Source: an uncultured Verrucomicrobiae bacterium (GTDB taxonomy: Bacteria > Verrucomicrobiota > Verrucomicrobiia > Palsa-1439). Taken from it: a stretch of DNA of 64,000 bases. Below the pieces are notes generated by a model. That model worked only from the letters and a program-made list of their open reading frames with translations, was not told the origin of the DNA and did no database searches. How positions within the stretch are numbered: position 1 is the stretch's first letter; each line of letters starts with the position of its first letter. The position numbers and the translations under genes are program-made. Positions 49,494 to 60,750 of the stretch are shown here, one piece after another. The stretch covers positions 1,447,786 through 1,511,785 of the forward strand of contig CAWIJG010000002.1 of NCBI GenBank assembly GCA_963836315.1. Reading direction: 5' to 3'.

Positions 49494-50795
49494 GTGAGGC
49501 GTTTCCAGTCGTGGATGTGGTGCGTCCTGGTGTTTCTGATGGCATCGGCGGCTTTTGGTGAGCAGGCATCTGTGGCGAAGGTCGATACCGGTGACACCGC
49601 ATGGATGTTGGCGTCGGCAGCGCTGGTGATGTTGATGACGCCGGGTCTGGCACTGTTTTACAGCGGGATGGTGCATCGCAAGAACGTGCTCGGCACGATG
49701 ATGCACAGTTACATTCTACTCGGACTCATCACCGTGCAGTGGATGCTGTGGGGGTACAGCCTGTCGTTTGGTCCCGATGTCGGGTCGGTGATCGGCAACC
49801 TGAAGTGGGTTGCCTTGTCGGGCGTCGGGGCTCAACCAAGTCCCGATTACGCGCCCACGATACCCCACAATGTCTTCATGGTTTACCAGATGATGTTTGC
49901 GATCATCACGCCGGCGCTGATTTTTGGCGCCATCGCCGAGCGCATGAAGTTCTCCGCCATGGTCGTATTCTCAGTGCTTTGGGCGACGCTTGTTTACGAT
50001 CCCATCTGTCATTGGGTGTGGGGGGTGGGTGGCTGGATTCGCAACCTTGGCGCGCTCGATTTTGCGGGCGGGACGGTCGTGCATATCAGTTCGGGCCTTT
50101 CCGCACTGGTGGCGGCGATGGTGCTGGGAGCGCGACGCGGCGACCGCAAGCTGGAGCCGCACAACATGACCCTGACAGTCCTGGGGGCGGGCATCCTCTG
50201 GTTCGGCTGGTTTGGTTTCAACGGCGGCAGCGCGCTGGGTGCGAACGGCCTGGCGGGGACGGCGTTTGTGAACACGCACATCGCTTCGGCCGCCGCGACG
50301 CTCGCATGGATCTTCATCGAATGGTGGCAGCGCGGCAAACCCAGCGTGCTGGGCGTGGCGTCGGGTTGCGTGGCCGGGTTGGTCGCAATCACACCGGCGG
50401 CGGGATTTGTTGCGCCGGTGGGGGCGTTGTGCATCGGCCTGCTGGGCGGTGCGGCCTGCTACGTCGGGGTCACGATCAAGAATCGGTTCCGCTTTGACGA
50501 CACATTGGACACATTTGGCGTGCACGGCATCGGGGGCATGGTTGGTGCATTGCTGACGGGAGTGTTCTGCACGGTCGCCGTGAACTCGGGCGGCGCGAAC
50601 GGTCTGTTCTATGGCAATCCGAAGCAGTTGCTCTCACAAGCCATCGGCGTCGGCGCGACAGTCGCGTACTCGGTCGTTGTGACATGGATTCTGCTCAAAG
50701 TCGTCGATGCGGTGATCGGCCTGCGCGTCACGCACGAGGAAGAGGAGCAGGGTCTCGATTGGACGCAGCACGGCGAAAGCGGATATAACCTCTAG
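49494..50795 (+). CDS. amtB: Ammonium transporter
   Basis: MTPGLALFYSG, FAIITPAL, LDFAGGTVVH, LWFGWFGFNGGS, DDTLDTFGVHG, GLDWTQHGESGY. Confidence 0.98.
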   Translation: MRRFQSWMWCVLVFLMASAAFGEQASVAKVDTGDTAWMLASAALVMLMTPGLALFYSGMVHRKNVLGTMMHSYILLGLITVQWMLWGYSLSFGPDVGSVIGNLKWVALSGVGAQPSPDYAPTIPHNVFMVYQMMFAIITPALIFGAIAERMKFSAMVVFSVLWATLVYDPICHWVWGVGGWIRNLGALDFAGGTVVHISSGLSALVAAMVLGARRGDRKLEPHNMTLTVLGAGILWFGWFGFNGGSALGANGLAGTAFVNTHIASAAATLAWIFIEWWQRGKPSVLGVASGCVAGLVAITPAAGFVAPVGALCIGLLGGAACYVGVTIKNRFRFDDTLDTFGVHGIGGMVGALLTGVFCTVAVNSGGANGLFYGNPKQLLSQAIGVGATVAYSVVVTWILLKVVDAVIGLRVTHEEEEQGLDWTQHGESGYNL

Positions 50796-50855
50796 CGGAT
50801 TTGGTCCAACTTCGCTATGGTGCAGGGGCGGCGCGATTGCCGCCTCTGCTGTTTT

Positions 50856-52256
50856 ATGGTGAAAGCACATGACATCCTTGCCATCGTCGGCCGACCCAAC
50901 GTCGGCAAGAGCACGCTGTTCAACCGGATCGCGGGCCGGCGGATCGCCATTGTGCATGAACAACCAGGCGTGACACGCGATCGCGTCAGCGCCGTGGCGC
51001 GGTGGGGTCAGAAATCGTTCGAGATCATCGACACAGGCGGAATCGCGTTCATGGATGAGGAGAAGAGCGGTGACGTCCTGGCCAACGCAGCGAGACATCA
51101 GGCCGAAGTCGCCATCGAAATGGCGTCGGCGATCATCCTGGTCGTGGATGTGACCGAAGGCGTAGTGCCGCTTGATCTTGAAATTGCGCGCCGGCTGCGC
51201 TCCAGCGGCAAGAATATCTTCCTCGCAGTCAACAAGGTGGACAACGCCCGTCGCGCGCGCAACGAAGGGGAATTCACCGAGTTGGGTTTTGACGGGACCT
51301 TTTCCATTGCTGCCGTGCACGGCACCGGCGTTTCGGAACTGGTGGATGCTGCCACGGAAGGATTCGCTGCCGGCGAAAATCAGGAGACAACGCGACCGAC
51401 GCGGATCGCCATTGTGGGACGCCCGAACGTGGGCAAGTCGTCGCTGATCAACGCGATCCTGAAGGACGAACGAACAATCGTCAGCGATATCCCGGGCACC
51501 ACCCGCGACTCGGTGGATGTGCCGTTCGCGGTGCAAGGCAAGCCGTACTTGCTGATCGATACAGCAGGACTGCGACATCGACGGAAGATCAAGACATCAA
51601 TCGATCAATTCGGGCTGATGCGCGCGGAACGCACCATCCGCGAATGCGATATTGCGGTACTGGTGTTGGATGCCGTCGCGGGCGTGACGAAACAGGATAA
51701 GAACATCGCGGGGCAGATTGCGGAGGCGGCGCGCGGCTGCGTGGTACTGGTGAATAAATGGGACTTGGCGGCGGAGGAGGAACGCAGGGAGCGAGGGAAG
51801 AAAAAGAGGAAGACCTTCCGCGAGCAATACCTGGAAGCCCTGCGGAAAGAATTGTTCTTTCTCGATTGGGCGCCGGTATTGTTCGCGTCGGCGAAGACGG
51901 GCGAGAATCTGGGCCAGTTATTCGATCAGATTTCCGTCATTGAGCGTGAAGTGGCCCGACGCGTGGAAACGCCCCAACTGAACAAGCTGCTGATGCATGC
52001 GATGGACTCGTATCCACCGCCGTATGTGAGCGGCAAGCGATTTAAGATCTTCTACGCGTTTCAAAAAGCTTCACAACCACCGACGTTTCGGCTATTCGTC
52101 AACCAAGCGAGTTGTTTGACGCCGCACTACAAGCGGTTCCTGGTTGATAAGATTCGAGCGGGTTGGGCATTCACCGGCTGCCCAGTTTTGCTGGAATGCC
52201 GGGAGCGGGAGCGACGTAAATTCGTCAGGAACGCGCCGAGAACTTCGCGGGATTGA
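50856..52256 (+). CDS. der: Ribosome biogenesis GTPase Der (EngA)
   Basis: Two GRPNVGKS/DTxG/NKxD GTPase domains plus a KH-like C-terminus; start at 50856. Confidence 0.98.
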   Translation: MVKAHDILAIVGRPNVGKSTLFNRIAGRRIAIVHEQPGVTRDRVSAVARWGQKSFEIIDTGGIAFMDEEKSGDVLANAARHQAEVAIEMASAIILVVDVTEGVVPLDLEIARRLRSSGKNIFLAVNKVDNARRARNEGEFTELGFDGTFSIAAVHGTGVSELVDAATEGFAAGENQETTRPTRIAIVGRPNVGKSSLINAILKDERTIVSDIPGTTRDSVDVPFAVQGKPYLLIDTAGLRHRRKIKTSIDQFGLMRAERTIRECDIAVLVLDAVAGVTKQDKNIAGQIAEAARGCVVLVNKWDLAAEEERRERGKKKRKTFREQYLEALRKELFFLDWAPVLFASAKTGENLGQLFDQISVIEREVARRVETPQLNKLLMHAMDSYPPPYVSGKRFKIFYAFQKASQPPTFRLFVNQASCLTPHYKRFLVDKIRAGWAFTGCPVLLECRERERRKFVRNAPRTSRD

Positions 52257-52285
52257 AAAAAAGTGCGGGTGGGCGTACTTTGGAC

Positions 52286-52338
52286 TTGAAAACACAATCT
52301 GTAGGGTCCTATAGTGCCGCCCGCACTATTAGCGGTGG
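52286..52338 (+). promoter_or_regulatory. sigma70 promoter with tandem NrdR boxes
   Basis: TTGAAA-N18-TATAGT; NrdR-like boxes ACACAATCTGTAGGGT (52292) and GCACTATTAGCGGTGG (52323), 31 bp apart. Confidence 0.7.
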
Positions 52339-52398
52339 TTTCCAGCCTGGATATTGACCGCCGAAAGTCGCAGCTAATTTGCTTTTGAGGAGGGTAAA

Positions 52399-55300
52399 GT
52401 GATCAATTTGAAGCAGAGTGTGGGGGAGCTTTCCGCGCACAAGGGCAAAACGACCCGAAAAGACCCTGGCAATGATATGCCAATTTCAAGCGAAACAACC
52501 AAGCGCGCCAAACGCGGCAGCCAAACTCCAACGGGCGATTCACCGGTAGCGCCGAAAAAAAGCGGTTGGGTTGTCCCGCGCGTGTTCAGCCGACCGGACG
52601 TAGGGCCGTTCGACGAAGTGGAATGGGAGCAGCGCACGGCTGAGATCACCGACGACACGGGAGGGGTGATCTTCAAGCAGGAGAATGCCGAGGTCCCGAA
52701 GAGTTGGTCTATTCTCGCGACAAAGGTTGTTGTCTCCAAATACTTCTATGGCGAGAACGGAACCCCAGAGCGCGAGCGCAGTGTTCGTCAACTGATCCAC
52801 CGCGTCACCCGCACGATTGCCGATTGGGGTAAGCGTGACGGCTATTTTGCCACCGACAAGGACGCCGAGATTTTTTATGACGAGCTGACCTGGTTGTGCC
52901 TCAACCAGCACGGCTCCTTCAATTCGCCGGTGTGGTTCAACTGCGGTCTTTTCAGCCAGTACGCGGTCGGCAAACACAGCGGCGCGGGTAGTTTCTACTT
53001 TGACCGCGGCACAAAGACCGTCCAGCGCGCCCCGACGCAGTACGAGTATCCGCAATGTTCGGCGTGCTTCATCCAGTCCGTCGGCGACACGATGGAAGAC
53101 ATCATGGAACTGGCGCGTAGCGAAGCGATGCTCTTCAAGTATGGCAGCGGGACCGGCACGGACCTTTCCTCGCTACGCAGCTCGCGCGAGAAACTCTCGG
53201 GCGGCGGTTGCCCCAGTGGCCCGTTGTCGTTCCTCAAGGTGTACGACGCCATCGCCAGCGTGGTGAAATCCGGCGGCAAGACGCGCCGCGCCGCGAAGAT
53301 GAACACGCTGAAGGTCTGGCATCCCGACATCAAGGATTTCATCGACGCCAAGCAAAAGGAAGAACGCAAAGCGTGGGCGCTCATCGAGCAGGGGTATGCG
53401 GGGGACTTCAACGGCGACGCCTACGGTTCGATCTCGTTCCAGAATGAAAACCTTAGCGTGCGCGTGACCGACGATTTCATGCGGGCGGTGCTGGACGACA
53501 AGGATTGGGCGACTCATTGGATTACGAATCCGAGCAAGCCGGGTCCGAAGTACAAGGCGCGGGAATTGATGCGGGGCATCGCCGAGGGCACGTGGATCTG
53601 CGGCGACCCGGGCGTGCAGTACGAGGACACGATCCAGCGTTGGCACACCTGCAAGGTCACCGGGCCGATCAACTCGAGCAATCCCTGCAGCGAGTACATG
53701 TTCCTCGACAACAGCGCGTGCAACCTCGCGTCGCTGAACCTCATGAAGTTCGTGCGCGCCGACGGCGCGTTCGACGTCGAGCGATTCAAGTCGGCGGTGG
53801 AGATTTTCATCACCGCGCAGGAGATCATGGTCGACAACGCCAGCTATCCGACCGAAAGCATCGCGCGGAACAGTCATATGTTCCGTCCGCTCGGCCTGGG
53901 GTTCGCCAACCTCGGTTCACTGATCATGTCCATGGGGCTGCCGTACGATAGCGACGAAGGCCGCGGCATGGCGGGCGCGATCACGGCGATCATGCATCTG
54001 CACGCCTACACGCAATCGGCGCGGCTTGCCGAAAAGATCGGTGCCTTTGAAGGCTTTACCAGGAACCGCGAACCGATGTTGCAGGTCATGGAAATGCACC
54101 GCGACGCGGTCAAGCGCATCCACCCGAGTTGCCCCGATACCCTGCGTAGCGCGGCACAACGTTGCGGCGACGAGGCCGTCGAGTTGGGGCGGCGCTTCGG
54201 CTATCGGAACTCGCAGGTCACCGTGCTCGCGCCGACGGGCACCATCGCGTTCATGATGGATTGCGATACCACGGGCGTCGAGCCCGACATCGCGCTGGTG
54301 AAGTACAAACTGCTCGCGGGCGGCGGGATGTTGAAGATTGTCAACCGGACCGTGCCGATGGCGCTGCGGAAACTCGGCTACAGCGAGCCGCAAATTGCCG
54401 ACATCCTGAAGTATATCGACGAGAACGACATGATCGAAGGCGCGCCGCACCTGCAGGAGAAGCATGTCGCGGTGTTCGACTGCGCGTTCAAGCCCGCCAA
54501 AGGCAAACGCAGCATCCAGTACATGGCGCACCTCAAGATGATGGCCGCCACGCAGCCGTTCCTCAGCGGCGCGATTTCCAAGACGGTGAACATGCCGCAG
54601 GAGTCCACCGTGGAAGACATCATGCACAGCTACCTGGAGGGCTGGCGACTCGGGTTGAAGGCGGTGGCGATTTATCGGGACGGCTCGAAACGCTCGCAGC
54701 CGCTCAGCACTTCGAGCGGCAACGGCGCTACGCCGGCTGAAGTGGCCGCCAAGGAAATCGATTCCTTCAAATCGCGGATTGTGGAACTCGAGGAAGAAGC
54801 GAAGAAGATGCGCGCCCGCCTTGGCGCGCCCGCGCGCAATCGATTGCCCGACACGCGCCAGGCTATCACGCACAAGTTCGACATCGCGGGCCATGAGGGC
54901 TACATCACGGTCGGCTTGTTCGCCGACGGCACGCCGGGCGAGCTGTTCATCACGATGGCGAAGGAAGGTTCGACCATCGGCGGATTGATGGACACCATCG
55001 GTACGCTGGTCAGCCTCTCGCTGCAGTACGGGGTGCCGCTGGAGACGCTCGTCAAGAAGTTCGCGCACCAGCGCTTCGAGCCGAGCGGGTTCACCAAGAA
55101 CCACGATATTCCGATCGCGAAGTCGATCTGCGATTACCTGTTCCGCTGGCTGGGCTGCCAATTCATTCCCGGATACCGCGAGGCCAATTCGCCGAGCGCC
55201 GGGCAGGCCGAATTCTCTCTCAAGGAAGTTGCCGAGCAGGAGAAGAAGGTCGTCAACAAGCCCGTCGCGGACCTCGAACAGACGGAGGAAGCGCCGGCGC

Positions 55301-55467
55301 GCCCGACTGGCGGCCGTGAACGCCTGACCGCCGTGCAACAACTGAGCCGGACCGTCCAGCATTTCATGCAGGATGCGCCCGTTTGCGACACGTGCGGCGC
55401 CATTACCGTCCGCAACGGTGCCTGCTACAAGTGTCTGAATTGCGGCAATTCCATGGGATGCTCCTAA
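52399..55467 (+). CDS. nrdJ: Class II (B12-dependent) ribonucleotide reductase with TSCPD/Zn-ribbon C-terminus
   Basis: FNSPVWFN, QCSACFI, SNPCSE, LAPTGTI, GAISKTVN, YRDGSK, C-terminal CxxC...CxxC; the start could be ATG 52477. Confidence 0.97.
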   Translation: MINLKQSVGELSAHKGKTTRKDPGNDMPISSETTKRAKRGSQTPTGDSPVAPKKSGWVVPRVFSRPDVGPFDEVEWEQRTAEITDDTGGVIFKQENAEVPKSWSILATKVVVSKYFYGENGTPERERSVRQLIHRVTRTIADWGKRDGYFATDKDAEIFYDELTWLCLNQHGSFNSPVWFNCGLFSQYAVGKHSGAGSFYFDRGTKTVQRAPTQYEYPQCSACFIQSVGDTMEDIMELARSEAMLFKYGSGTGTDLSSLRSSREKLSGGGCPSGPLSFLKVYDAIASVVKSGGKTRRAAKMNTLKVWHPDIKDFIDAKQKEERKAWALIEQGYAGDFNGDAYGSISFQNENLSVRVTDDFMRAVLDDKDWATHWITNPSKPGPKYKARELMRGIAEGTWICGDPGVQYEDTIQRWHTCKVTGPINSSNPCSEYMFLDNSACNLASLNLMKFVRADGAFDVERFKSAVEIFITAQEIMVDNASYPTESIARNSHMFRPLGLGFANLGSLIMSMGLPYDSDEGRGMAGAITAIMHLHAYTQSARLAEKIGAFEGFTRNREPMLQVMEMHRDAVKRIHPSCPDTLRSAAQRCGDEAVELGRRFGYRNSQVTVLAPTGTIAFMMDCDTTGVEPDIALVKYKLLAGGGMLKIVNRTVPMALRKLGYSEPQIADILKYIDENDMIEGAPHLQEKHVAVFDCAFKPAKGKRSIQYMAHLKMMAATQPFLSGAISKTVNMPQESTVEDIMHSYLEGWRLGLKAVAIYRDGSKRSQPLSTSSGNGATPAEVAAKEIDSFKSRIVELEEEAKKMRARLGAPARNRLPDTRQAITHKFDIAGHEGYITVGLFADGTPGELFITMAKEGSTIGGLMDTIGTLVSLSLQYGVPLETLVKKFAHQRFEPSGFTKNHDIPIAKSICDYLFRWLGCQFIPGYREANSPSAGQAEFSLKEVAEQEKKVVNKPVADLEQTEEAPARPTGGRERLTAVQQLSRTVQHFMQDAPVCDTCGAITVRNGACYKCLNCGNSMGCS

Positions 55468-55493
55468 GGGTACGGAGCGCCGCACAACACAGG

Positions 55494-55524
55494 AAGCCCC
55501 GGGCCCGGCTCGGGGCTTTTTGTT
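55494..55524 (+). terminator. Intrinsic terminator after nrdJ
   Basis: AAGCCCCG...CGGGGCTT followed by TTTGTT. Confidence 0.8.
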
Positions 55525-55604
55525 TGCGTCGCGGAGCTTGACGCGCAGACACGCAGGCAGTTAAATAGGGAGCTCTTACACCAAGACGATTCAGGAGACA
55601 CATC

Positions 55605-55922
55605 ATGGCAACAGTAGCAGCACCGAAAGCAGGCGTGACACACGCCCGCCCGAAAGCGAAAGACGACAAGAGCGGCAAGAAAGAGGTAAAAGTAGTCTAC
55701 CCGAGCGATTTTGGCTCGCACGCCAGCATGGCGAATGAAGAATTGACCGGCAAGATCGCGACCGCCAAACAGGACGCAACGGACCCGTGGGTGATTTTGG
55801 CCGACGAACGCGGCCCGTACGCCACCCGCAAATCGCGGCTCGATTCCGGGTTGGCAGACCCGAACCGTTGCGCCGATCAACCCGGGCGCGATCAGGCGGT
55901 CAAGGATTTGACCGCCGCCTGA
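55605..55922 (+). CDS. Small hypothetical protein with Lys-rich N-terminus
   Basis: Strong RBS (AGGAGA), upstream TTGACG-N17-TTAAAT, downstream terminator; no family recognised. Confidence 0.8.
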   Translation: MATVAAPKAGVTHARPKAKDDKSGKKEVKVVYPSDFGSHASMANEELTGKIATAKQDATDPWVILADERGPYATRKSRLDSGLADPNRCADQPGRDQAVKDLTAA

Positions 55923-55945
55923 CGGCCGGATAGTTTTAGAGTCGG

Positions 55946-55980
55946 AGCGCCAGAGCGAGACACGTGTTCTGGCGCTTTTG
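55946..55980 (+). terminator. Intrinsic terminator
   Basis: AGCGCCAGA-loop-TCTGGCGCT-TTTG. Confidence 0.7.
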
Positions 55981-56049
55981 GCTTTTGGGGGAGGCCGCTC
56001 GCCCTACAAGATGGACAAACTGCCACAAATACGATTTGCTAGGGACACC

Positions 56050-57846
56050 ATGTCAAACGAGCCAGCAACGCAACCGTCCGATTTCATCCGCGACATTGTC
56101 AAAGCCGATGTGGCGGCGGGGAAATACCAGAAGATAGTCACGCGTTTCCCCCCGGAGCCGAACGGGTACCTCCATATCGGCCACGCGAAATCCATCTGCC
56201 TGAATTTCGGCATCGCCCACGAGTTCGGCGGCCAGTGCAACCTCCGCATGGACGACACGAACCCGACCAAGGAGGACGTGGAATACGTCGACTCCATCAC
56301 GACCGACGTGAACTGGCTGATCGCCGGCTGGGCGGATGATCGTCTCGGATTCAAACCCGTCGGCGTGACGCCGGAGCCGCGAGAGGTCAACGGCAAGGCG
56401 GATTTTTATCTGGGAGCGGTGAACCCGAAATCGGCTGGCAATGGCGTGAAGCTCGAACCGTTCTACGCCTCGGACTATTTCGACCAGATCTATGTGTTCG
56501 CCATCGAACTGATCAAGAAGGGGCTCGCGTACGTGTGCGATCTGACGCTGGAGGAGATGGATGCGTACCGGGGCGCGCCCGACAAGCCCGGGAAGGACAG
56601 CCCGTTCCGCAAGCGTCCCATCGCAGAGAGCCTCGATCTCTTCGTCCGCATGAAGAACGGCGAGTTCCCCGACGGCAAATGCACGCTGCGGGCGAAGATC
56701 GACATGGCGTCGCCGAACATCTGGATGCGCGATCCCGTGTTGTACCGCATCCGCCATTCGGAGCACCATCACACGGGCGACAAATGGTGCATCTACCCGA
56801 TGTACGATTTCGCGCATTGCCTGAGCGATTACATCGAAGGCATCACGCACAGCATCTGCACGCTGGAGTTCGAGGTGCACCGCCCGCTCTACGACTGGAT
56901 TCTGGAGAACCTCGATTTGCCACGCCCGTTGCCGCACCAATTCGAGTTTGCCCGGCTCAGCGTCGGCTACACCGTCATGAGCAAACGCAAGCTGATGCAA
57001 CTCGTGAAAGAAGGCATCGTCAATGGCTGGGACGACCCGCGCATGCCAACCATCAGCGGACTGCGCCGGCGCGGCGTCACCCCGCAGGCGTTGCGCGATT
57101 TCGCCTACAACATCGGCATCACCAAATACAACGGGCTCACCGATGTGGCGGTGCTTGAATACTGCATTCGCGAAGACCTCAACAGGCGCGCGTTGCGCCG
57201 TCTCGCCGTACTGCGTCCCCTCAAGGTGGTCATCACGAATGTTCCCGAAGGCCACGTCGAAGAACTCGATGCCGTCAATAACCCCGAAGATCCTTCCGCC
57301 GGTACGCGCAAAGTCCCGTTCAGCCGCACACTGTACATCGAGCAGGACGACTTCATGGAAACGCCGCCGCCGAAGTTCTTCCGATTGAGACCCGGCGGCG
57401 AAGTCCGTTTGAAATACGCCTACATCATCAAGTGTGACGAGGTCATCAAGGACGCGGCAGGGAAGGTGACTGAACTCCGTTGCACCGCCGATCTCGGCAG
57501 CAAGATGGGCGGCCCGACTTCTTCGCGCAAGATCAAGGGTACGATTCACTGGGTTTCCGCCGCCCACGCCATCGACGCCGAAGTCCGCCTCTACGACCGG
57601 CTCTTCACCGTGCCGGAGCCGGATTCCGAAGGCGACTTCAAAGCCCACATCAACCCGCACTCGCTGGAAGTTGTTACTGCCAAGTGCGAGCCCAGCCTGA
57701 AGGACGCGAAACCGGAATTGCGCTACCAGTTCGAACGCCTCGGCTATTTCACCCTCGACCTCGACACCAAGCCCGGTAAACCGGTCCTAAATCGGACGAT
57801 CACGCTGAAAGATGCGTGGGCGAAGATCGAAAAGAAGCAGGGGTAG
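56050..57846 (+). CDS. glnS: Glutamine--tRNA ligase
   Basis: [55 protein letters not shown]; start at 56050. Confidence 0.98.
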   Translation: MSNEPATQPSDFIRDIVKADVAAGKYQKIVTRFPPEPNGYLHIGHAKSICLNFGIAHEFGGQCNLRMDDTNPTKEDVEYVDSITTDVNWLIAGWADDRLGFKPVGVTPEPREVNGKADFYLGAVNPKSAGNGVKLEPFYASDYFDQIYVFAIELIKKGLAYVCDLTLEEMDAYRGAPDKPGKDSPFRKRPIAESLDLFVRMKNGEFPDGKCTLRAKIDMASPNIWMRDPVLYRIRHSEHHHTGDKWCIYPMYDFAHCLSDYIEGITHSICTLEFEVHRPLYDWILENLDLPRPLPHQFEFARLSVGYTVMSKRKLMQLVKEGIVNGWDDPRMPTISGLRRRGVTPQALRDFAYNIGITKYNGLTDVAVLEYCIREDLNRRALRRLAVLRPLKVVITNVPEGHVEELDAVNNPEDPSAGTRKVPFSRTLYIEQDDFMETPPPKFFRLRPGGEVRLKYAYIIKCDEVIKDAAGKVTELRCTADLGSKMGGPTSSRKIKGTIHWVSAAHAIDAEVRLYDRLFTVPEPDSEGDFKAHINPHSLEVVTAKCEPSLKDAKPELRYQFERLGYFTLDLDTKPGKPVLNRTITLKDAWAKIEKKQG

Positions 57847-58074
57847 GCCAAAACGAGTGCCGCTCCTAACGGCGGCGTGTTAGCAAAGCTGAATCGTGAC
57901 TCGACGATTCCGCGAGCATGTTGGGGACTACCCTGTCGGGGAAGCGCACGGAAGTCACATCTTTTGGACGTGTTGCCCCGCCGCCAGCGGATTGGTCGCA
58001 TCGGCCAGACGAATCAATGTCTGACGGAAAGCAGATTGGCGTCACCCGCGAAATGAGATTAAACTCAAGACGCC

Positions 58075-59052
58075 ATGGAAAAACTGCGAATCTTTGTGGA
58101 CTTTGCCGCGTCCCCGGATGTGTTAGCGGTGCTGCAAGAGGGCGCCAAGGGGCATCAACTGGTTTTTCCGGAAAAGCCCGCGGCCTCCGTCCTCGCCAAA
58201 GCGGAACGTGATCCCCAATTCGCCACGGTGAATGTCGCTTTCGGCCAGCCTGATCCCATCGCCATTGCGGAGGCAGGCCAATTGAAATGGATCCACGTCA
58301 GCTCGTCGGGAATCACGCGGTATGACACCCCGGAATTTCGCGCGCGGATGGCTCAACGCAACATCGTAGTGACCAACAGCGCGAGCGTGTACAACGAGGC
58401 GTGCGCCGCCCACGCGCTGAGTTTCATGCTGGCGCAGGCCAGGAAATTGCCTCTCGCACTCAAGACCCGAACCGCTGGCGGCACGCCTGCCTGGCATGCC
58501 GTTCGCGCCTCGTGCCGGACCCTCCGGGGCGAAACGGTCCTGATCGTGGGTTACGGCGCGATTGGGAAACGGCTGGCCGAACTGCTGCGGCCATTCGACA
58601 TGAAAATCATCGCCTATCGTCGGAAAGCGCGCGGCGATGAAGGCGTGCCGGTCATCACGGAAGACCAATTGGCCCACACGTTGGCCAACGGCGTCGATCA
58701 CATCGTCGATATCCTACCGGAGAGCGCGGAGACACTGCATTTCTTCGATTCCGCTCGTTTCGCCACCGTCAAACCCGGCGCGATCTTCTACAACATCGGC
58801 CGGGGCACGACGGTCGATCAGGAGGCACTGCTCGAAGCCTTGCGTTCGGGACGCATCGCCGCCGCCTGGCTGGATGTGACCGAGCCGGAACCGTTGCCGG
58901 ACGATCATCCTCTCTGGGCCGAGCCGAACTGCTTTATTACCCCGCATGTGGCGGGAGGACACGCTGACGAAGCCAAGACGTTGGTCCGCCATTTCCTCAA
59001 GAACCTGGACCGATTCGTCCGAGGACAGCCCCTCTTGGATCGAGTCATGTGA
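58075..59052 (+). CDS. D-2-hydroxyacid dehydrogenase
   Basis: VGYGAIG, FYNIGRG, LDVTEPEPL, ITPHVAG. Confidence 0.94.
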   Translation: MEKLRIFVDFAASPDVLAVLQEGAKGHQLVFPEKPAASVLAKAERDPQFATVNVAFGQPDPIAIAEAGQLKWIHVSSSGITRYDTPEFRARMAQRNIVVTNSASVYNEACAAHALSFMLAQARKLPLALKTRTAGGTPAWHAVRASCRTLRGETVLIVGYGAIGKRLAELLRPFDMKIIAYRRKARGDEGVPVITEDQLAHTLANGVDHIVDILPESAETLHFFDSARFATVKPGAIFYNIGRGTTVDQEALLEALRSGRIAAAWLDVTEPEPLPDDHPLWAEPNCFITPHVAGGHADEAKTLVRHFLKNLDRFVRGQPLLDRVM

Positions 59053-59092
59053 AACGCCATGGGGCAGATCCCGGCTTTCTGAGTTTGGCGGC

Positions 59093-59899
59093 CTAGCTTA
59101 ACGTTTCGGCGCTGTACCGGGCGATGAGTCCGGTGCGTTGAGCGTGATGATAGACGCTGGCGAAATAGCGGCAGGCCAGAAAAATGTAAACGACGGCCAG
59201 AGCCATCGCCCCCGCCAGGGTAAATCCTGAGACCGCCCCTCCGGCGACGATCCGCCGCATGCCTTCGAACACATACGACGGCGGTAGCAGTTTCGAAATC
59301 CACTGCATCCACTGTGGCAACGTCGAAAGGGGATAGAAGACCCCGGCAAACGGCGACAGGAGGGCGGGAACGGGCCAAACGAGCCACTCCGAAGCCGGTC
59401 CGAGCCGGAGCACCAGGGCGCATCCGAAAACTCCGAGCGAGATCCCGAACAGGAACAGCACGAGCAAAAACGGGAAGAACATCAGCCCGTAGGTGACGAA
59501 CGACAGGCCGAACACCGTGGTTGCCAACACGAGCATCACGATCAATCCGACCAGGCTCGTCGCGATGCTGGTGATGACGAGACCGGCCAGATACTGCGAA
59601 ATCGAGAGCGGCGTCGCGAAGATGTTGAGGAAATTGCGCGCCCACACGTCCTCGAAGAACGCCGCCGCCACCCCATGCATGATGCGGGTGAAGAAATCCC
59701 AGAGCAGCACTGCGCCGAGGAGCGACGGCACGAAGTTCAGACCCGACGTGGTGACAGTGTTCAGGTACCGGGTGATGAATCCCCATAACAGGATATCGAC
59801 CGCGACCCAGGCGAACAATGGCAGCAGGCGAGCCGGGCTTCCTCGCAGGAGATAAAAATGGCGGAGCACGATGGCCCCAACGCGTCGGAGACCCTTCAT
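59093..59899 (-). CDS. ABC-2 type permease
   Basis: Six hydrophobic segments, FEDVWARNF, GVFYPLSTLP; start overlaps the ATPase stop. Confidence 0.9.
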   Translation of the reverse strand: MKGLRRVGAIVLRHFYLLRGSPARLLPLFAWVAVDILLWGFITRYLNTVTTSGLNFVPSLLGAVLLWDFFTRIMHGVAAAFFEDVWARNFLNIFATPLSISQYLAGLVITSIATSLVGLIVMLVLATTVFGLSFVTYGLMFFPFLLVLFLFGISLGVFGCALVLRLGPASEWLVWPVPALLSPFAGVFYPLSTLPQWMQWISKLLPPSYVFEGMRRIVAGGAVSGFTLAGAMALAVVYIFLACRYFASVYHHAQRTGLIARYSAETLS

Positions 59900-60645
59900 G
59901 TCCCGGGTCCTTCCAGCGTGAGGGGCTGTTGCGCCACGGTGATGAACAGTTCTTCCAACGTCGCTTTGCCGTGTTCGCCCGGCAGTGTCTTCGGATTGCC
60001 CTGGAGCAGGATCTTCCCGTGCGAGACGAACAGCACCCGGTCGCATACGTCCTGGACCTCGTACATGTTGTGCGAGGTCCACAGCACGCCGCCCGTGCCC
60101 TGCGCGACGTAGGTCCGAATCCGGCCGCGGATGTCACGCGCCACCGACGGATCGAGCGAGGCGGTCGGTTCGTCCAACAACAGCAGGTGCGGACGATTGA
60201 GCATTGCTTTGGCGAGAGCCGCGCGGGTTTGTTCTCCCGAGGACAGCACCCCGCTCTTCACATCGCGAAAGGATTTCAGATCGAATTGTTCCAGCAACTC
60301 TTCGATTCGTTCGGGCAGATGGTCCACTCCGTAGATAAGTCCGAAGATGCGCAGGTTTTGGGAGACGGTGAGATTTCCGGGCAGCGGAGAATAGACGGCC
60401 GCGAAATTCGTGCGTTCCAGGGCCTGGGAACGATGGGTGGCGAGATCCACCCCTTCGATTCGGATGCCGCCCGAACTCGGCTGGACGACGCCGAGGATCA
60501 TGTTGATGGTCGTGGTTTTTCCCGCGCCATTGGGACCCAGCAGCCCGACGATCTCATTGTGTCCGACCTCGAATGAAACGCCGTCCACCGCGACTGTGTC
60601 GCCGTACTCTTTCCGCAACTCTGTTACCGACAGCACATCGGACAT
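59896..60645 (-). CDS. ABC transporter ATP-binding protein
   Basis: GPNGAGKT, LSSGE, LLLDEPT, TSHNM. Confidence 0.95.
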   Translation of the reverse strand: MSDVLSVTELRKEYGDTVAVDGVSFEVGHNEIVGLLGPNGAGKTTTINMILGVVQPSSGGIRIEGVDLATHRSQALERTNFAAVYSPLPGNLTVSQNLRIFGLIYGVDHLPERIEELLEQFDLKSFRDVKSGVLSSGEQTRAALAKAMLNRPHLLLLDEPTASLDPSVARDIRGRIRTYVAQGTGGVLWTSHNMYEVQDVCDRVLFVSHGKILLQGNPKTLPGEHGKATLEELFITVAQQPLTLEGPGT

Positions 60646-60750
60646 CCCGCGAACCCTCCTTCATCCAATTTGGGGAGCCAGTATCAGCAGTCCGAGTTTA
60701 CTTCGCAACTGTTTAGCGTCCGTTCGCCGAGTCCATCGTGGGCGGCGACA

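Noticed and set aside
52399-55467. Intein or intron in nrdJ
   Set aside because: The length is normal for NrdJ with a TSCPD domain; no intein splice motifs or LAGLIDADG blocks seen.
53917-57660. Minus-strand ORFs of 522 aa and 535 aa
   Set aside because: Antisense shadows of nrdJ and glnS.
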